From the NCBI GenBank assembly GCA_030390025.1, contig CM059432.1:75704001-75768000 (forward strand): 64,000 nt of DNA, given 5' to 3'. The position numbers and the translations under genes are program-made. Below, in pieces: positions 12,445-24,969 of this stretch. The stretch's first letter is position 1; each line of letters opens with the position of its first letter. The notes under the pieces were generated by a model. The model did not search any database. It worked only from the letters and a program-made list of their open reading frames with translations, and was not told the origin of the DNA. The DNA is from Squalus acanthias (lineage: Eukaryota).

Positions 12445-13330
12445 TGTGTTTAAGAGCATGAGAAGGAGCTATTTGGCCTATCAAGCCTGTTTTTTTCATA
12501 TACCTCATAAACTGTATCCCAGTTTAGACTCTGATTCACGCATTTAATCTCATGTGGGAAAATTCTGTGTAAAAGCTCCTCGATCTCCACAAGTAATTAA
12601 ACAAAGCATCTCACATCTCCAAAATGAAACCAACCTGCTCTCCTCCAGACAACATACCTCCTTGACCCCAAACAAGACCGCTGTGACTGGTGAAGTAATA
12701 CATCATCTTAGTCCGTACTACCCATCCTATTCCCAGCTGTTTAATAAAGTAGCTAATTAACTCAAGCGCAACTGTTTTTGCTCGGACTCTGTTCCACATA
12801 GCCACTGCGCTCTGGGGGAATAGGTTTCTTCAAACCATTGGAATGTTCTTCTCCACCAAAATCTTCAGTAACAAACAAAAGGTTTATACAATCTGAGTCC
12901 TTGTGCAGCATTTGCCAATTTTAAATCATTGCTTTCTAGTTCTGTTCTCCCAGTCTTTGTCGAGTAGTCTGCTTACATTATCTAGGCCTCTCAGCGTGTT
13001 GAACAGTTAGGTCATATCTCACTTCAGTCTTTCCTCCATTAAAAATTAGTTCAACTCTGCAAATCTTTACTTGTAATTTAGAGCTTAAGACCAGGAATCA
13101 TCCTCATTGCTCCTTTCTGAAACTGCTTCAAAACTTCAAAGGTAGGATAGCCAAAAATACACAGATCTTTCCAAATATAGCTCTACCAGTTTTCTATTCA
13201 CAATTAGGATTAAGTGTTTGGGTCTTTTTACTTTATTTTACTCTAGGTATCTTTTGAGTTCAGCCTCAGACCTTCACTCTGTATGTTCCAGAAAGTGTTT
13301 TCACTTGCCCAGATGTATAGGTAGATTAAT
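12445..13330 (-). mobile_element. Old CR1 3' region, interrupted by the younger CR1 at 13338
   Basis: Degenerate antisense CR1 motifs (TTCCACATAGCCACTGCGCTCTG, CCAGGAATCATCCTCATTGC, CCAAAAATACACAG). It appears to resume briefly at about 15629 (GTACCCCGAGATC). Confidence 0.55.
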
Positions 13331-13337
13331 AGTGTAT

Positions 13338-15628
13338 GATAATATGATTGAATTTTACATTAAGTTTGAGAGTGATATAGTCCAATCTGAAACTAAGGTC
13401 TTCAATCTAAACAGAGGAAACTACAAGGGTATGAGGGACAAGTTGGCCATGGTAGATTGGGAGACTACACTAAAAGGTATGAAGGTGGACATACAATGGC
13501 TAACATTCAAGGAAATAATGCATAATTCGCAACAAACATATATTCCTCCAGGGCATAAAAACCCAAAAGGAAAAGTGATCCAACCATGGCTAACAAAAGA
13601 AATTAAAGCTAGTATTAAGTCAATGGAGGAAGCTTATAAAGTTGCCAGAAAAAGCGTCAGCCTGAGGATTGGGATCTCTTTAGAAATCAGCAAAGGGGGA
13701 CCAAGAAATTGATAAAGAAAGGGAAAATGGAATACGAGCACAAACTAGTAAAAAATATAAAAACAGATTGTAAAAGCTTCTATAGGTATGTGAAAAGGAA
13801 AAGACTGGCGAAGATAAATGTAGGTCCTTTACAGTCAGAGACGGGAGAATTTATAATGGGGAATGAGGAAATGGCTAAGAAATTAAATAAATACTTTGTT
13901 TCTGTCTTCACGGAGGAAGACACAAAAAACCTTCCAGAAATACAAGAAAACCAAGGGTGTGGCGAGAATGAGGAACTTAAAGAAATTATTATTAGTAAAA
14001 AAACAGTACTAGCAAAATTAATGGGACTAAAAGTCGATAAATCCAAAGGACCGGATGACCTACATCCTAGGGTTTTGAAAGAGGTGGCCACTGGAATAGT
14101 GGATGCATTGGTTGTCATCTTCCAAAATTCTATAGATTCTGGAATGGTTCCTGCAGATTGGAGGATAGCAAATGTAACCCCACAATTTAAGAAAGGAGGG
14201 AGAGAGAAAACAGGGAACTACAGACCTGTTAGCCTCACATCAGTAGTTGGGAAACTGCTGGAATCTATTATAAAGGATGCAATAACTGGGCACTTAGAAA
14301 CTAATAGTAAGATTGGGCAGAGTCAACATGGATTTATGAAAGGGAAATCCTGTTTAACAAACCTATTAGAGTTCTTTGAGGATGTAACTAGTGGAGTAGA
14401 CAAAGGGGAACTGGTAGATGTAGTGTATTTGGATTTTCAGAAGGCCTTCGATAAGGTCCCACACAAGAGGTTGGTGAACAAAATTAGGGCACATGGAATT
14501 GGGGGTAATATACTAGCATGGATTGAGAATTGGTTAACAGACAGAAAATAAAGAGTAGGGATAAGCGGGTCTTTTTCAGGATGGCAGGCTGTGACTAGTG
14601 GGGTACCGCAAGGATCGGTGCTTGGGCCCCAGCTATTCACAATCTATATCAATGATTTGGATGAGGGGACTAAATGTAACATTTCCAAATTTGCTGATGA
14701 TACAAAGCTAGGTGGCAGTGTCAGTTGTGAAGAGGATGTGAAGAGGCTTCAAGTGGATCTCAACAGGTTCAGTGAGTGGGCGAGAACATGGCAGATGGAT
14801 TATCATGTGGATAAATGTGAAGTTATCCACTTTGGTAGAAAAAACAGAAAGGCAGAGTATTTCCAAAATGGTGAAAGATTGGGGAATGCAGATGCTCAAA
14901 GGGTCCCGGGTGTCCTTGTACATGAGTCACTGAAAGTGAATGTGCAGGTGCAGCAAGCCATTAGGAAGGCAAATGGTATGCTGGCGTTCATTACAAGAGG
15001 ATTTGAGTATAGGAGTAAAGAAGTCTTACTCCAATTATATAGGGCCTTGGTGAGACCACACCTGGAGTACTGTGTACAATTTTGGTCTCCTTATCTAAGG
15101 AAGGATATACTTGCCATAGAGGGAGTGCAACGAAGGTTCACGAGATTGATTCCTGGGATGGCGGGACTATCGTAGGAGAAGAGATTGAGTAAACTAGGCC
15201 TGTATTCTCTTGAATTCAGAAGAATGAGAGGGGATCTCATTGAAGCATACAAAATTATTACAGGGCTTGATAGGGTGGATGCTGGGAGAATGTTTCCCTT
15301 GGCTGGGGAGTCTAGAACCAGGGGCCACAGCCTCAGGATAAAGGGTAGGCCATTCAGGACTGAGATGAGAATACATTTCTTCACACAGAGGGTGGTGAAT
15401 CTTTGGAATTCTCTACCCCAGAGGGCTGTGGAGGCTCAGTCATTGGGTATATTCAAAACAGAAGTTGATAGATTTCTGACTAGTAAGGGCATCAAGGGAT
15501 ATGGCGATCGGGCCGGTGAATGGAGTTTAGGCAGAAGATCAGCCATGATCTCATTGACTGGCGGAGCAGGCTCGAAGGGCCGAATGGCCTACTCCTGCTC
15601 CTATTTCTTATGTTCCTATGTTCTTATG
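13338..15628 (+). mobile_element. CR1 LINE (HER1-like), 5'-truncated ORF2 pseudogene with RT domain and 3' tail
   Basis: ORFs 13709-14551, 14591-15175 and 15185 onward: NYRPVSLTSVVGK, YLDFQKAFDKVPH, GVPQGSVLGP, KFADDTKL, LVRPHLEYCVQFWSP. Premature stops at 14549 and 15173. Tail GGCTCGAAGGGCCGAATGGCCTACTCCTGCTCCTAT plus 8-nt repeats. Confidence 0.96.
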
Positions 15629-16266
15629 TGTACCCCGAGATCAAACAGAGAAACACTTCACTTCATTTTGGTTTATTGACTTTATCACGTGTCCTTTTGA
15701 GATCTTTCTTGACTTTGGAAGGCAGTAAAATAATATTTCTTTGAACTGTGGCTTGGATAACTGGATTTATTAAACAGTAAAAGAATAAGAAAACAGTAAC
15801 AATAACACAAAATAGATTTTGCATTAGTTATCAAATGTAATTATCTCCTTGTAAGTTAAAAATAACAAATAACTATGACTGCTGTGCTACACTATCTATT
15901 CTCAAATGGCAGTTCTTTTCTTTTTCTCACCTTGCACAGAAGCTATGTAGTCTGACTGTCATTCTATGAAGGCTTCAGATAGACTTTACAATTTGAACCA
16001 GCCAGGCTGGGAAATACTTTCCTGAAAACAACTGAAAACAAACAAATTTAATTATTTCTTAAATTCAAAAAAGCTACCAATCAAAGACATATGTGAATAA
16101 ATCCCACAAGATATTTGTATTCGAATTGAATGAGATGAAACAAATTCAGTTTAATGTTTTTCTGTGGGTGGAAATGTTTTTTTTTGCCTTAGGTATCATA
16201 ACAGCATTAAAAAAAACAGTACCCATGCTAACATTTAGACAAAAATGATTTTATCATAGTTATAAT

Positions 16267-16950
16267 GGGCCTGAAATGACGGTGCTGATGGCGGTGTGCA
16301 CACAGCCTTGTAAAAGGCCCCGCAAGTTCTGGGTTTCCGTACGCGCTGAGCATGCGTGAAAACCCGGAACTTGTGATCTGTCAAGGTTCGCCTTGACAGA
16401 TCACCCGCATGTACCCCAAAAACACTTTCGCAGAATTGGGCTATTTGCCCAGCAAATGCCCACGAAACCCTTACGCCTGGTAAAAGCAGGTGTCGTAAGG
16501 ATTAAAATAAATGTTAAATTAACATACAAAAACATTTAAAGTTAGTTTATGTAAATTTTGGCCCAGATTAAAATGTTTAAATTATTTTTCAAAAATGTAA
16601 ATTTTTATTTTAAATGCTTAATTAAAGGGACTATAATTAATTTTGAACGTGGGAACATTATTTTTATTTCAGTTGTGTTAATTATTTATTTATTTGGGGA
16701 TTTCTTATAAGCTTATGGGGATTCCGTTCGTAAATGGAATCCCCTTTTCTAATTGGTTGGCCTGGCCTACGTGATCCCAGGGATGTTTCCGAACCGCCTG
16801 TGTCCCTGGGATCCGTGGGCCTTTACGCAGGCGTACGCCTAGGCCCAGGACCCGAAGACTCCGAAGGCCAAGAGCCAGCAGGTAGGTAGGTATTTTTTTC
16901 GGGTCAGAGGCCTACTCCGGAGGTATGCTGCCGACCGCAAATTTCGGCCC
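16267..16950. mobile_element. Non-autonomous Harbinger-type MITE, AT-rich centre
   Basis: TIRs GGGCCTGAAAT and ATTTCGGCCC; AAT TSD on both flanks; twin subterminal hairpins. Confidence 0.8.
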
Positions 16951-17097
16951 AATATCTTTTATGACTTATAGTCAAATGCCCTTGAGGTGGAATTTAGTCA
17001 TTTGGTTAACTTTGCCAACATGGAAGCATTCAATGAATCATGATTAATCACTCCCAAACCCTTTTGCTTCTTCCCCATTACTAAAGGACATGATGTT

Positions 17098-17530
17098 GGG
17101 CCGGATATTCCGATCCCTACGATCACCCGTAGGGACATTGGAAATGCCGGTTTCAGGCATGCACTGTGCATGCGCTAGAAACTGGCATTTCCGATCTGTC
17201 AAGAAAGCTCTTGACAGATCCTCCGGCTGCCCGGGAGAAGGGCCTCTGCTGGCGGACAGTTCCGCTTTTTGGAAACCGTCCGCCCACAGAAAACCCTTAC
17301 AATTCTTGCTCCTGGCCTGCTTTTACCAGGATAAGAGTTGAAAAAAAAATTTTCCACTGATTTTTCATTTAAAAATACTTTAAAAAAAGGTATGTTTATT
17401 TTTAGCCCCGTAAAAAACTTTAATTATTTTTTTCAAAAATTTAAAGTTTTGTTTAAAATAGTTAATTTATTTGTACTTTCAAGTCATTTTAAAAATGTGA
17501 TTTTTTTAAAATTATAAAATAATGCTGTAT
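17098..17530. mobile_element. Truncated MITE related to 16267-16950
   Basis: GGGCCGGATATT end, the same twin hairpins, CCTGCTTTTACCAGG motif and AT-rich tract. Right end missing. Confidence 0.7.
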
Positions 17531-17552
17531 TCCTCTGCTGTCTGATCTACTC

Positions 17553-17988
17553 GTGTCAGCTGTGGCTCAGTTGGTAGCACACTTGTTTCTGAGTCAAGAA
17601 GGTTGTGGGTTCAGGTTCCACTCCAGGGGTTTGCACACATAAAGCTAGGCTGACACTCCAGTGCAGTGCTGAGGGAGTGCTGCACTGTTGGAGGTGCCAT
17701 CTTTTAGATGAGGCCCCATCTGCTCTCTCAGGTAGACGTAAAAGATCCCATGGCACTATTTCGAAGAAGAGTCTTGGCCAATATTTCTCCCTCAACCAAG
17801 ATAACAAAAACAGATTATTTGGTCATTTTCACATTGCTGTTTGTGGGAGCTTGCTGTGCGCAAATTGGCTGCCGCGTTTCCCACATTACAACAGTAACTA
17901 CACTTCAAAAGTACTTCATTGGCTGTAAAGCACTTTGAGACATCCGGTGGTCGTGAAAGGCGCTATATAAATGCAAGTCTTTTCTTTT
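17553..17988 (+). mobile_element. DeuSINE (SacSINE1-like), full length
   Basis: tRNA head (TGGCTCAGTTGG A box, GGTTCAGGTTCC B box), Deu-type core (AAAGATCCCATGGCACTATTTCGAAGAAGAG, GCAAATTGGCTGCCGCGTTTCC), L2-type tail AAAGGCGCTATATAAATGCAAGT. TSD-like TACTCGTGT and TACTAGTGT. Confidence 0.85.
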
Positions 17989-18814
17989 ACTAGTGTATGT
18001 ACAGGATGGGCAATTTGGTTCTGTTTGACAGGTATGGTAGCTTAGGATGGTGCTGGATGTAAAAAAAAAATGAGATTAACTGCAGCACAGTACACTGATC
18101 CAGAATGGTTGTGATCTTGCAATGCAAATGGAGAATAAACATTATGGTGTAAGATTCCCTTTTCTGTGTTGTTCATAGCAAAATCAAAAATAGGTTTATA
18201 AAGAATTTGTTTACAATTTCGCTACAAGTGTTGCACAGTGAAAATTAACCAATTTGCACTTCAGCACTGCTTTTCTTTCAATATTTTCTTTGTTGGGAAA
18301 GTGTGCGTGAAAGAATAGGTTCAGATGAATGTGGGTGGAATTTATTAATCTATTATTTAAAAGGAAAAAGAGGCAAATGCACTTGGAAATTCCCTTGTTG
18401 ATATATAATGACAATGGAGTTAGGGCTTCCTTTCAATACTTCGTGCAATTTTTGTCAAAGATAAAGAAGTTGCTGCAGTACTTGGGCACAGAGACACCTG
18501 AAGCCAGAAGTTTCTGGAAGCATCAGCTGCTGTATTGTTTTCAAGCGTTGATATCACAGTTGTAATGGATTTTTTATACATTTTTTTCAATATTCATTAT
18601 TGTTACAAAGTCTGATTCATATTATATGCAGCCGCAAAAAAACTATTTTAAAGAGATACCATTTTCATGAAAAGCATTTGGCAAACCTTTCCTTGTTTGT
18701 TTACAAACCCTCAATTCAGTGACAGAAATCACATCACAACACCCCATTTGCACATGGCATTGTTGCGATGAAAATATCACTTGGCTCTTTCCTTCCCTCA
18801 TCAAAAGAGGGGGG

Positions 18815-19580
18815 GGGGGGCAATTTTAACCACACCTGCCTGCTGGAATCCAGGTGGCTGGGCAGTTACAAAAAGCAGGTTTCCCTTCATCTCCGATATT
18901 AACCTGTAGGGTCTTGCAGGCGGAGGAGGCGCCTGCCGAAAGCAGGCGGGAGCCGAACAGGTTTATACAAATCGGGGGTCCAGTTACGTCAATAGGACCC
19001 CAGTGGCATTTTAACTAGGGCCTGAGCAGGAAATCTGCCACAGCTTTCCCACCAAGCTGAGGTAGGTCAGCAGCAGTGTTCCTATTAAGCTGCGCGGCCG
19101 TGTGGCCACGCAGCACTCCAGGGGTCCACAGCCGGTGAGCCGGCTTTTAAATTGAAAAAAACGCATATGCACGGTCTTTAGAATGGGCCACGTGGCCCCC
19201 CAAAAAATTACGGGGAACATTGGTCAGCAGCTGGTGGGAAAGATGAAGAATCAAAAGAGGCTGCTGTGTGGGAACAAGAGGTGTAGGAGTGCTTCACGGG
19301 GTCCCACAAGGAAAGTCGCGGACTCCCCTGACCCGGACTCCCCTGCCCCCCTCCTTCCCTCTCGTAAGACTCTCCCGAAACCCACTCATCCCCCCATGGC
19401 ACGTACCTGGAAGCCGATGGGCGGCCACTGGCTGGTCCAACTATTCAGTTAGACCGGCGAGATTTAAATGAGGCCCGGTGGTAAAAATCGCAATGGTCTC
19501 CTGCTGCCTCTGGCTGGCAGGAAAGTAACTCGTTGGAGCGGTTACCCACCTGAAAACCGCCCCAAGGTAAAATCCACCCC
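18815..19580. mobile_element. Non-autonomous Harbinger-type element
   Basis: Ends GGGGGCAATTTTAACC and GGTAAAATCCACCCC; internally similar to 22470-22986 and to the left part of 35477. Confidence 0.7.
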
Positions 19581-19584
19581 AATA

Positions 19585-20010
19585 TTTCTTCCCCTCCTCT
19601 CTTAAAGGTGCTGACTTGTGCTAGGATGCAATTCTACTAGCTCCAGCAGCCCTGTGCTTTTCTCAGGAAGCCATTCTTGCAATGTGAGCTTGGACAGTGA
19701 ATAGCAACAGGCTAATTTGAGCATTGGTTGTTGGGGGCAGGGGAGTTAAGCATCACAGCAGTACCCAATACTATCGTCATCTGATAGAAACGTATATGTG
19801 CTATCCAGCAGGGTTCGTTGGATAGTAAGCAGGAGTGACAGCCACGGATCATCTTTCTTTTACTCTGGGAATGTAAATCTCAACTGGAGTGCGGCACCAC
19901 TTCTCCAACTGAGATGGGGTAATTTAGCACAGACCAGGAATCAAACCTGGAGGCTGTTCTGTATCGTTCAGCAGCAACCCTGTGGATACTTACTCACTGA
20001 GCTGAATTAT
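19585..20010 (-). mobile_element. Old SINE family A
   Basis: Reverse complement of the blocks seen at 965 and 10870; B-box-like CCAGGTTTGATTCCTGG on the minus strand. Confidence 0.55.
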
Positions 20011-20354
20011 TAAGCTGAATTTTGACAATGAACATAGAATGAATTGAATATCAAACATTTGTCCTACCGCAGCCTGGTGAAATGGTAGATTATTGAACTA
20101 TTGCACTTCCCCATGGAATAATTGGATGTAGTTTTATTACCTGTGATTGCTCACATGCCAAATTCTCAATCTCTGTTGGGTCATCAAGGGTAAATACCAA
20201 ATCAAGGCCATGTCATCAGGTCATGTCTATTAGGGCAGATAAATCAGTCACTGATACAGACACTAACATTTTTCATTCACATGAACGACAAGTGTAAAAT
20301 ATATCTGTAAATGACGAGAGGTGTGCACTCAGCTGCCCAGCAGAGCACAAGGGG

Positions 20355-20511
20355 AAACTAGTTAGGTACTTGAGGGAGAAAGGAATAGAAGGATATGCTG
20401 ATAGGGTTTGATAAAGAGGGGTGGAAGGAGGCTCGTGTGGAGCAGAAACGCTGGCATAGACAAGCTGGGTCGAATGGCCTGTTTCTATGCTTTAAATTCT
20501 ATGTAATTCTA
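20355..20511 (+). mobile_element. CR1 3' tail fragment (different subfamily)
   Basis: GGCATAGACAAGCTGGGTCGAATGGCCTGTTTCTATGCT followed by TAATTCTATG-like repeats. Confidence 0.7.
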
Positions 20512-22469
20512 TTTACTATTGCTGCAAGTTGTAGATCTACAGAACAGGCACCTTAGAGAAAGCTTTTAATTAGAATGTACGAGATTGATCATTACAAATC
20601 TTTGTCTCTTCTTTCCTTTCAATCTCCAATCTAATTTTCTTTAACAAAACCTCTGGTATGTGATGTAGGAACATTTATACAGTTGAAGCTTTTTAATTAG
20701 GATATCCTGACAAATGTAAATGTCCATTTATTGATCATCATTAGTATTTTTAAATATACCTCAAATCAACTGACGCCATTGTTTGTATTATATGTGATGC
20801 CCCCACAAAAGCGATATGTGATCAGTTGTACATGGACAATTTTAGGTATTGTAATAAGCATGGATTCATATAGCTCTTTATGATCGACAAACCTTAAGTG
20901 TAACTTTTGCTGTACATCAGTTATTAAAGTTTTGTTGGTGGGTGCAATTTTTACATCGATGTGACCCAATACAGTAGATTTTACAGTAAGTACTTACCCC
21001 CCCCCCCCCCTTTTCGCACCATCTATCCTGAAGGCACAGATTAATGTTGCAGTGATCTTTCACAAATGCTGACTGTCTTGTGCCTTGCTGAAGTGAGTGC
21101 ATAATCATTGACTTCAGAGGAGTCATGGAGCAACTGTTACCCAGTGGTAATTTTTAGGTTGCAATGCACTCCCCAATTGAGATCTGGGGGGAAAATGTCC
21201 ATGAGGTTGCTCCCAATCTCCTGCTGTAATAATAACTGTAACTGCCTGCTATTGGACTGGCTGTTGGGTTATGTGATTGAGGGGGTGGGAGTCAGCAGTT
21301 GAGGGCAGGATTGCACTTTCTTCATGAGGCTAGGCACAGGTGCTGATTCAGGCGAAATAAACATTTTAAAAAAGGAAATGGCCGTGCCTCACAGGAGCAA
21401 TCAGTGACTGCCGTGTGGGTCATGTGTGGTGGAGGAATGGGGACTCTGACATTGATGAAGTTGAAAGAGACTTTATGAGGAAACCACCACAGGGTAGCAG
21501 CAGCCCTAACTTTAAGGTGAGAATAGATATTGTTTGATGTCCGTAATACTTATGGAAACAGCATTAATTTTCCATTAACTCGGGCTTTCTACTAGCAGGG
21601 CTGCTTCTTACCCATCGAGTATGGCAGCACCTCCAACCTGCTCTCCCCACGTTACATGCATGTCCTTACCTTTGAGTGGCCATTGTTCTTGTGTCAGCCT
21701 GGACACTGTTGACAGGTCATTTGATCATTGAGGACAATTCAGCAAAGCCCAACTTGACATCCACACACATGCACTTTGTGGCAGTGGGCACAGAAAAGCT
21801 CACAGTGAACATTTTTAGATTTGGTACTAGTTATTTTTTTGTAACCAATACACAGCAGAATAAACCAATAAATCTACAGTAAATAGAAACATAAAGTAAC
21901 AGTTAAAAACTAGTGGGATTTATATGAAAATGTGAATTATACACCTGTCTTTACAGTGCATATAAGTGCACATTGTAAGTGGTTATTGTCAGTGATACAT
22001 GTGTGGAACTCATTAAACACTTGCGTTTGAAGGGCTGACTCTGCCTTTTGCAATATGGCTCTTAAGTGCAATGTTCAACTGCTGAATTTCCCAAAACGCA
22101 CAGCTTCACATTTCCAGCTCATTTCATATTGTGAGTTTTCACAAGATGAATGAATATTACTTCCTCACAGACTGACAGATATAATCAATTACTCACAATC
22201 TATTCTATTGAAAAGTGTACCTTTTCACTTTCCTCCACTTAAATATTAATTAGGCCATCTAAAGTGCTGCTGTTTTACTGACGTATAATAATTATAGGAT
22301 TAGATCAGTTGTAAGAGCAGCTGAAAGTGACGTAGATGCCATCGTTGAGTGCTATACACTGGAGAACAACTTTAGTCTCAGCAGCAGGAATCATGCATCA
22401 AGCAATACTTCCGACAGCAAGAAGTGTCGGTGGGTGGCAGTTTAAACGAGCAGGTTACTTACCCTCTTG

Positions 22470-22986
22470 GAACTCAACCCTTTCCCGCAGTCTCCAATAT
22501 TAACCTGCAGGGTTCTGTAGGCAGATGAGGAGCCTGGCTAAAACAGGTCTGAGCTCGAGGTCTTGTTATGTCAATAGAACTCTGATGGCGTTTTAACCGG
22601 GGCCTGAGCGGTGAAGCTACTGCGGTTTTCCCGCCAGTCTGAAGGAGGTCAGCAACTGGTGGGAAGGACGAAAAGGCCCTCAGGTAAGTTCTAAAATGAT
22701 CTTTGTGGAGCCAGGAGGTGTAGGAGAGCGCCTCCGGGCCCCACAAAGAAATTTGCAGCCTCCGCCACCCCCCATCACTATTTCCCTCGCGTGAGACCCT
22801 TCTGAAACCCCCTCCCTGCCACTCACCTGGAAGTCAGGAGCTGCTCTCTTCCCGCCCAGAGCAGTGGCATTTATATGAGGACCGGTGGTTAAACTAGCCT
22901 GGCTTCCTTCTGCCTCTGGCAGGCAGGAAATTAACCCAAGGGAGCAGTTTCGCAACGAAATTCCTTTCCCAGTTAAAGCCCACCCC
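22470..22986. mobile_element. Non-autonomous Harbinger-type element, left-truncated
   Basis: Colinear with 18890-19580; right end GTTAAAGCCCACCCC. Confidence 0.65.
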
Positions 22987-23739
22987 AATATATAATTGGG
23001 CTGGAGTCAGCACTGCCTGGCCTACAGGGATTTCTCTGTTTGACAAACAAAAAAATGTCCAAATTGGATACAGCTAGAAAAAGTGAAAATGCTAAATCTA
23101 CCATAATTTAGCTCCAGTTGTTTTTGCCCCAATTCTATCCAATTCCAAACTGTCTGCTTGCTGCTCTCAAAATCTCAAAGGATGCAGCAAGTTATGTGGA
23201 GCACTCAATTGACATCATGGACTGATGACATGTGTTTTGTATACATTAAAGAGACAATGGGCGTGAAATTGGGCCCGTTGTTTGGGCGCTAAGGGTGCCG
23301 TTCGGGGGCCAAAATGATGTCCGATGCGTGCGTGCACACTTCTGCTGCAAATTGCGCCGGGTGCCATCTTGGTGAGGGCGTTCACGCTCGCGCAGCTAAC
23401 GTCTGCCGAAAGTATGCAGAGCAGGCAAATCATGACGCCAAACAACGTGCAATGTTGATTTGAAGCCAGCGGTGCCATTTTGGAGCTCAATGCTCTCCCT
23501 TAACCTCACACAGCTGAACACGCGTTAAGCAGCAGGAAGCACCTCCCACCAGCACTATTTAAAGGGATCATTAACTACTTACAGGTTAGTTGCTGGTTGA
23601 TTTCTTCCAGCTGTTGCTATGATTCTACAAGTGTTTTGTGCTTTCCATAGTTCTTTCAAATTTCAAAAGTCTACAGGGAGTGGTGTGGCAGGTGCTGAAG
23701 GACTTTTTGCTGAATTCAAGGCTTCTGTACAAACCAATT

Positions 23740-24780
23740 GCTCCCAGATATGGTATTCCCTTTGGTATACAGCATGACTGGGAGATGAGCAGAGGCCATG
23801 CAGAGCATGACAAACTGCTAGAAGAGGGAGGAGGAGATGGGGAAAGGGCTCTCAGCAGGAGGCCATATCCGCCTAGGGTGTTCAGGAAGCAATTCTCCAA
23901 TTTGAACCTCAGCGAGGAACAACGTGTGAGATGTTTGCGCTTCAGTAAGGACGTCCTCACTGAAATCTGCCACCTGCTGCAGCCACAACTGCAACCTCAG
24001 AGCAGGGCGAGGACCGGATTGCCAGTGGCTGTGAAGGTGACCGGGGTGATAAACTTTTATGTGTCGGGCTCCTTCCAGGCTGGAGCTGGAGATATTTGCA
24101 ACATCTCGCCAACACTGAGGCTCTCTATTCAAAGAGAGCTAATGACATTTCATACTCTCTTACCAGAGACCAGCAGGCGGAGTGAGCACAAGGCTTCGCT
24201 CAGATTGCAGATTTCCCCATGGCGATGTTGTGTGACCATAGGCAATGCATCATGCAGGTCAATTCTCTGTATCCTGGCAGCAGTCATGATGCCATCATTC
24301 TGCGGCAGTCCGCTGTGCCATCTGCATTTGAGCCACCACAGCAAACCAGAGGGTGGCTACTGGGCGACAAGGGCTATCCACTGACGACATGGCTCATGAC
24401 TCTGGTGCGCAACCCACACACACGTGGGTAGCATTCATACAATGAAAGCCATGCTGCCACAAGAAATGTGATACAGCACACCATTGGCATGCTGAAATAA
24501 TGCTTCCCCTGCCTGGGTTGCTCTGGAAGAGCCCTACAGTACTAGGCAGAGCGGGTGTCAAGATTCATGGTGGTCTGCTGCATGCTGCGGAACCTTCCCA
24601 TCATGAGGGGACAACCCTTGCCACCAGCTATATGGCGAACAGCTGAGGAGCAGGAGCATGAGATGGAGGAGGAGGAGGAGGAACAAGAGGAATAGGAGGA
24701 AAAGGAAGGGACGAGGCAACCTAAACAGCACTTTTCTACATGGGCTGTCCATGAAGAACTAATTTGAGTGTGATATCAGT
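23740..24780 (+). pseudogene. Harbinger (HARBI1-like, DDE_Tnp_4) transposase, disrupted
   Basis: RRPYPPRVFR, LPVAVKVT...NFYVSGSFQ, YPGSSHDAIILR, GWLLGDKGYPL and an acidic tail. The GAIDCTH motif is deleted; stops and frameshifts. Confidence 0.9.
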
Positions 24781-24969
24781 AACCGCAACTCCAATTCCCC
24801 ATTCACCAACTGTCCCGCTCCTTACCTTCCTTCTGTCACTGACCATCATAGCATCCGCTCCTCCACAATGCAAAAATCAAAGCCACCACAAAACAGACAT
24901 TCCAAACTAAATTTATAAATGAAATCATGCCATATTGCATACAAATGCAAACTAATCACCCTTGTACAT

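Noticed and set aside
17553..17630. tRNA gene
   Set aside because: The A and B boxes belong to a SINE head continuing into Deu core and tail; no convincing cloverleaf. The same applies to the other SINE heads.
21850..22420. Possible conserved non-coding element in repeat-free sequence
   Set aside because: Conservation cannot be judged without alignments; no supporting motif beyond being apparently unique.
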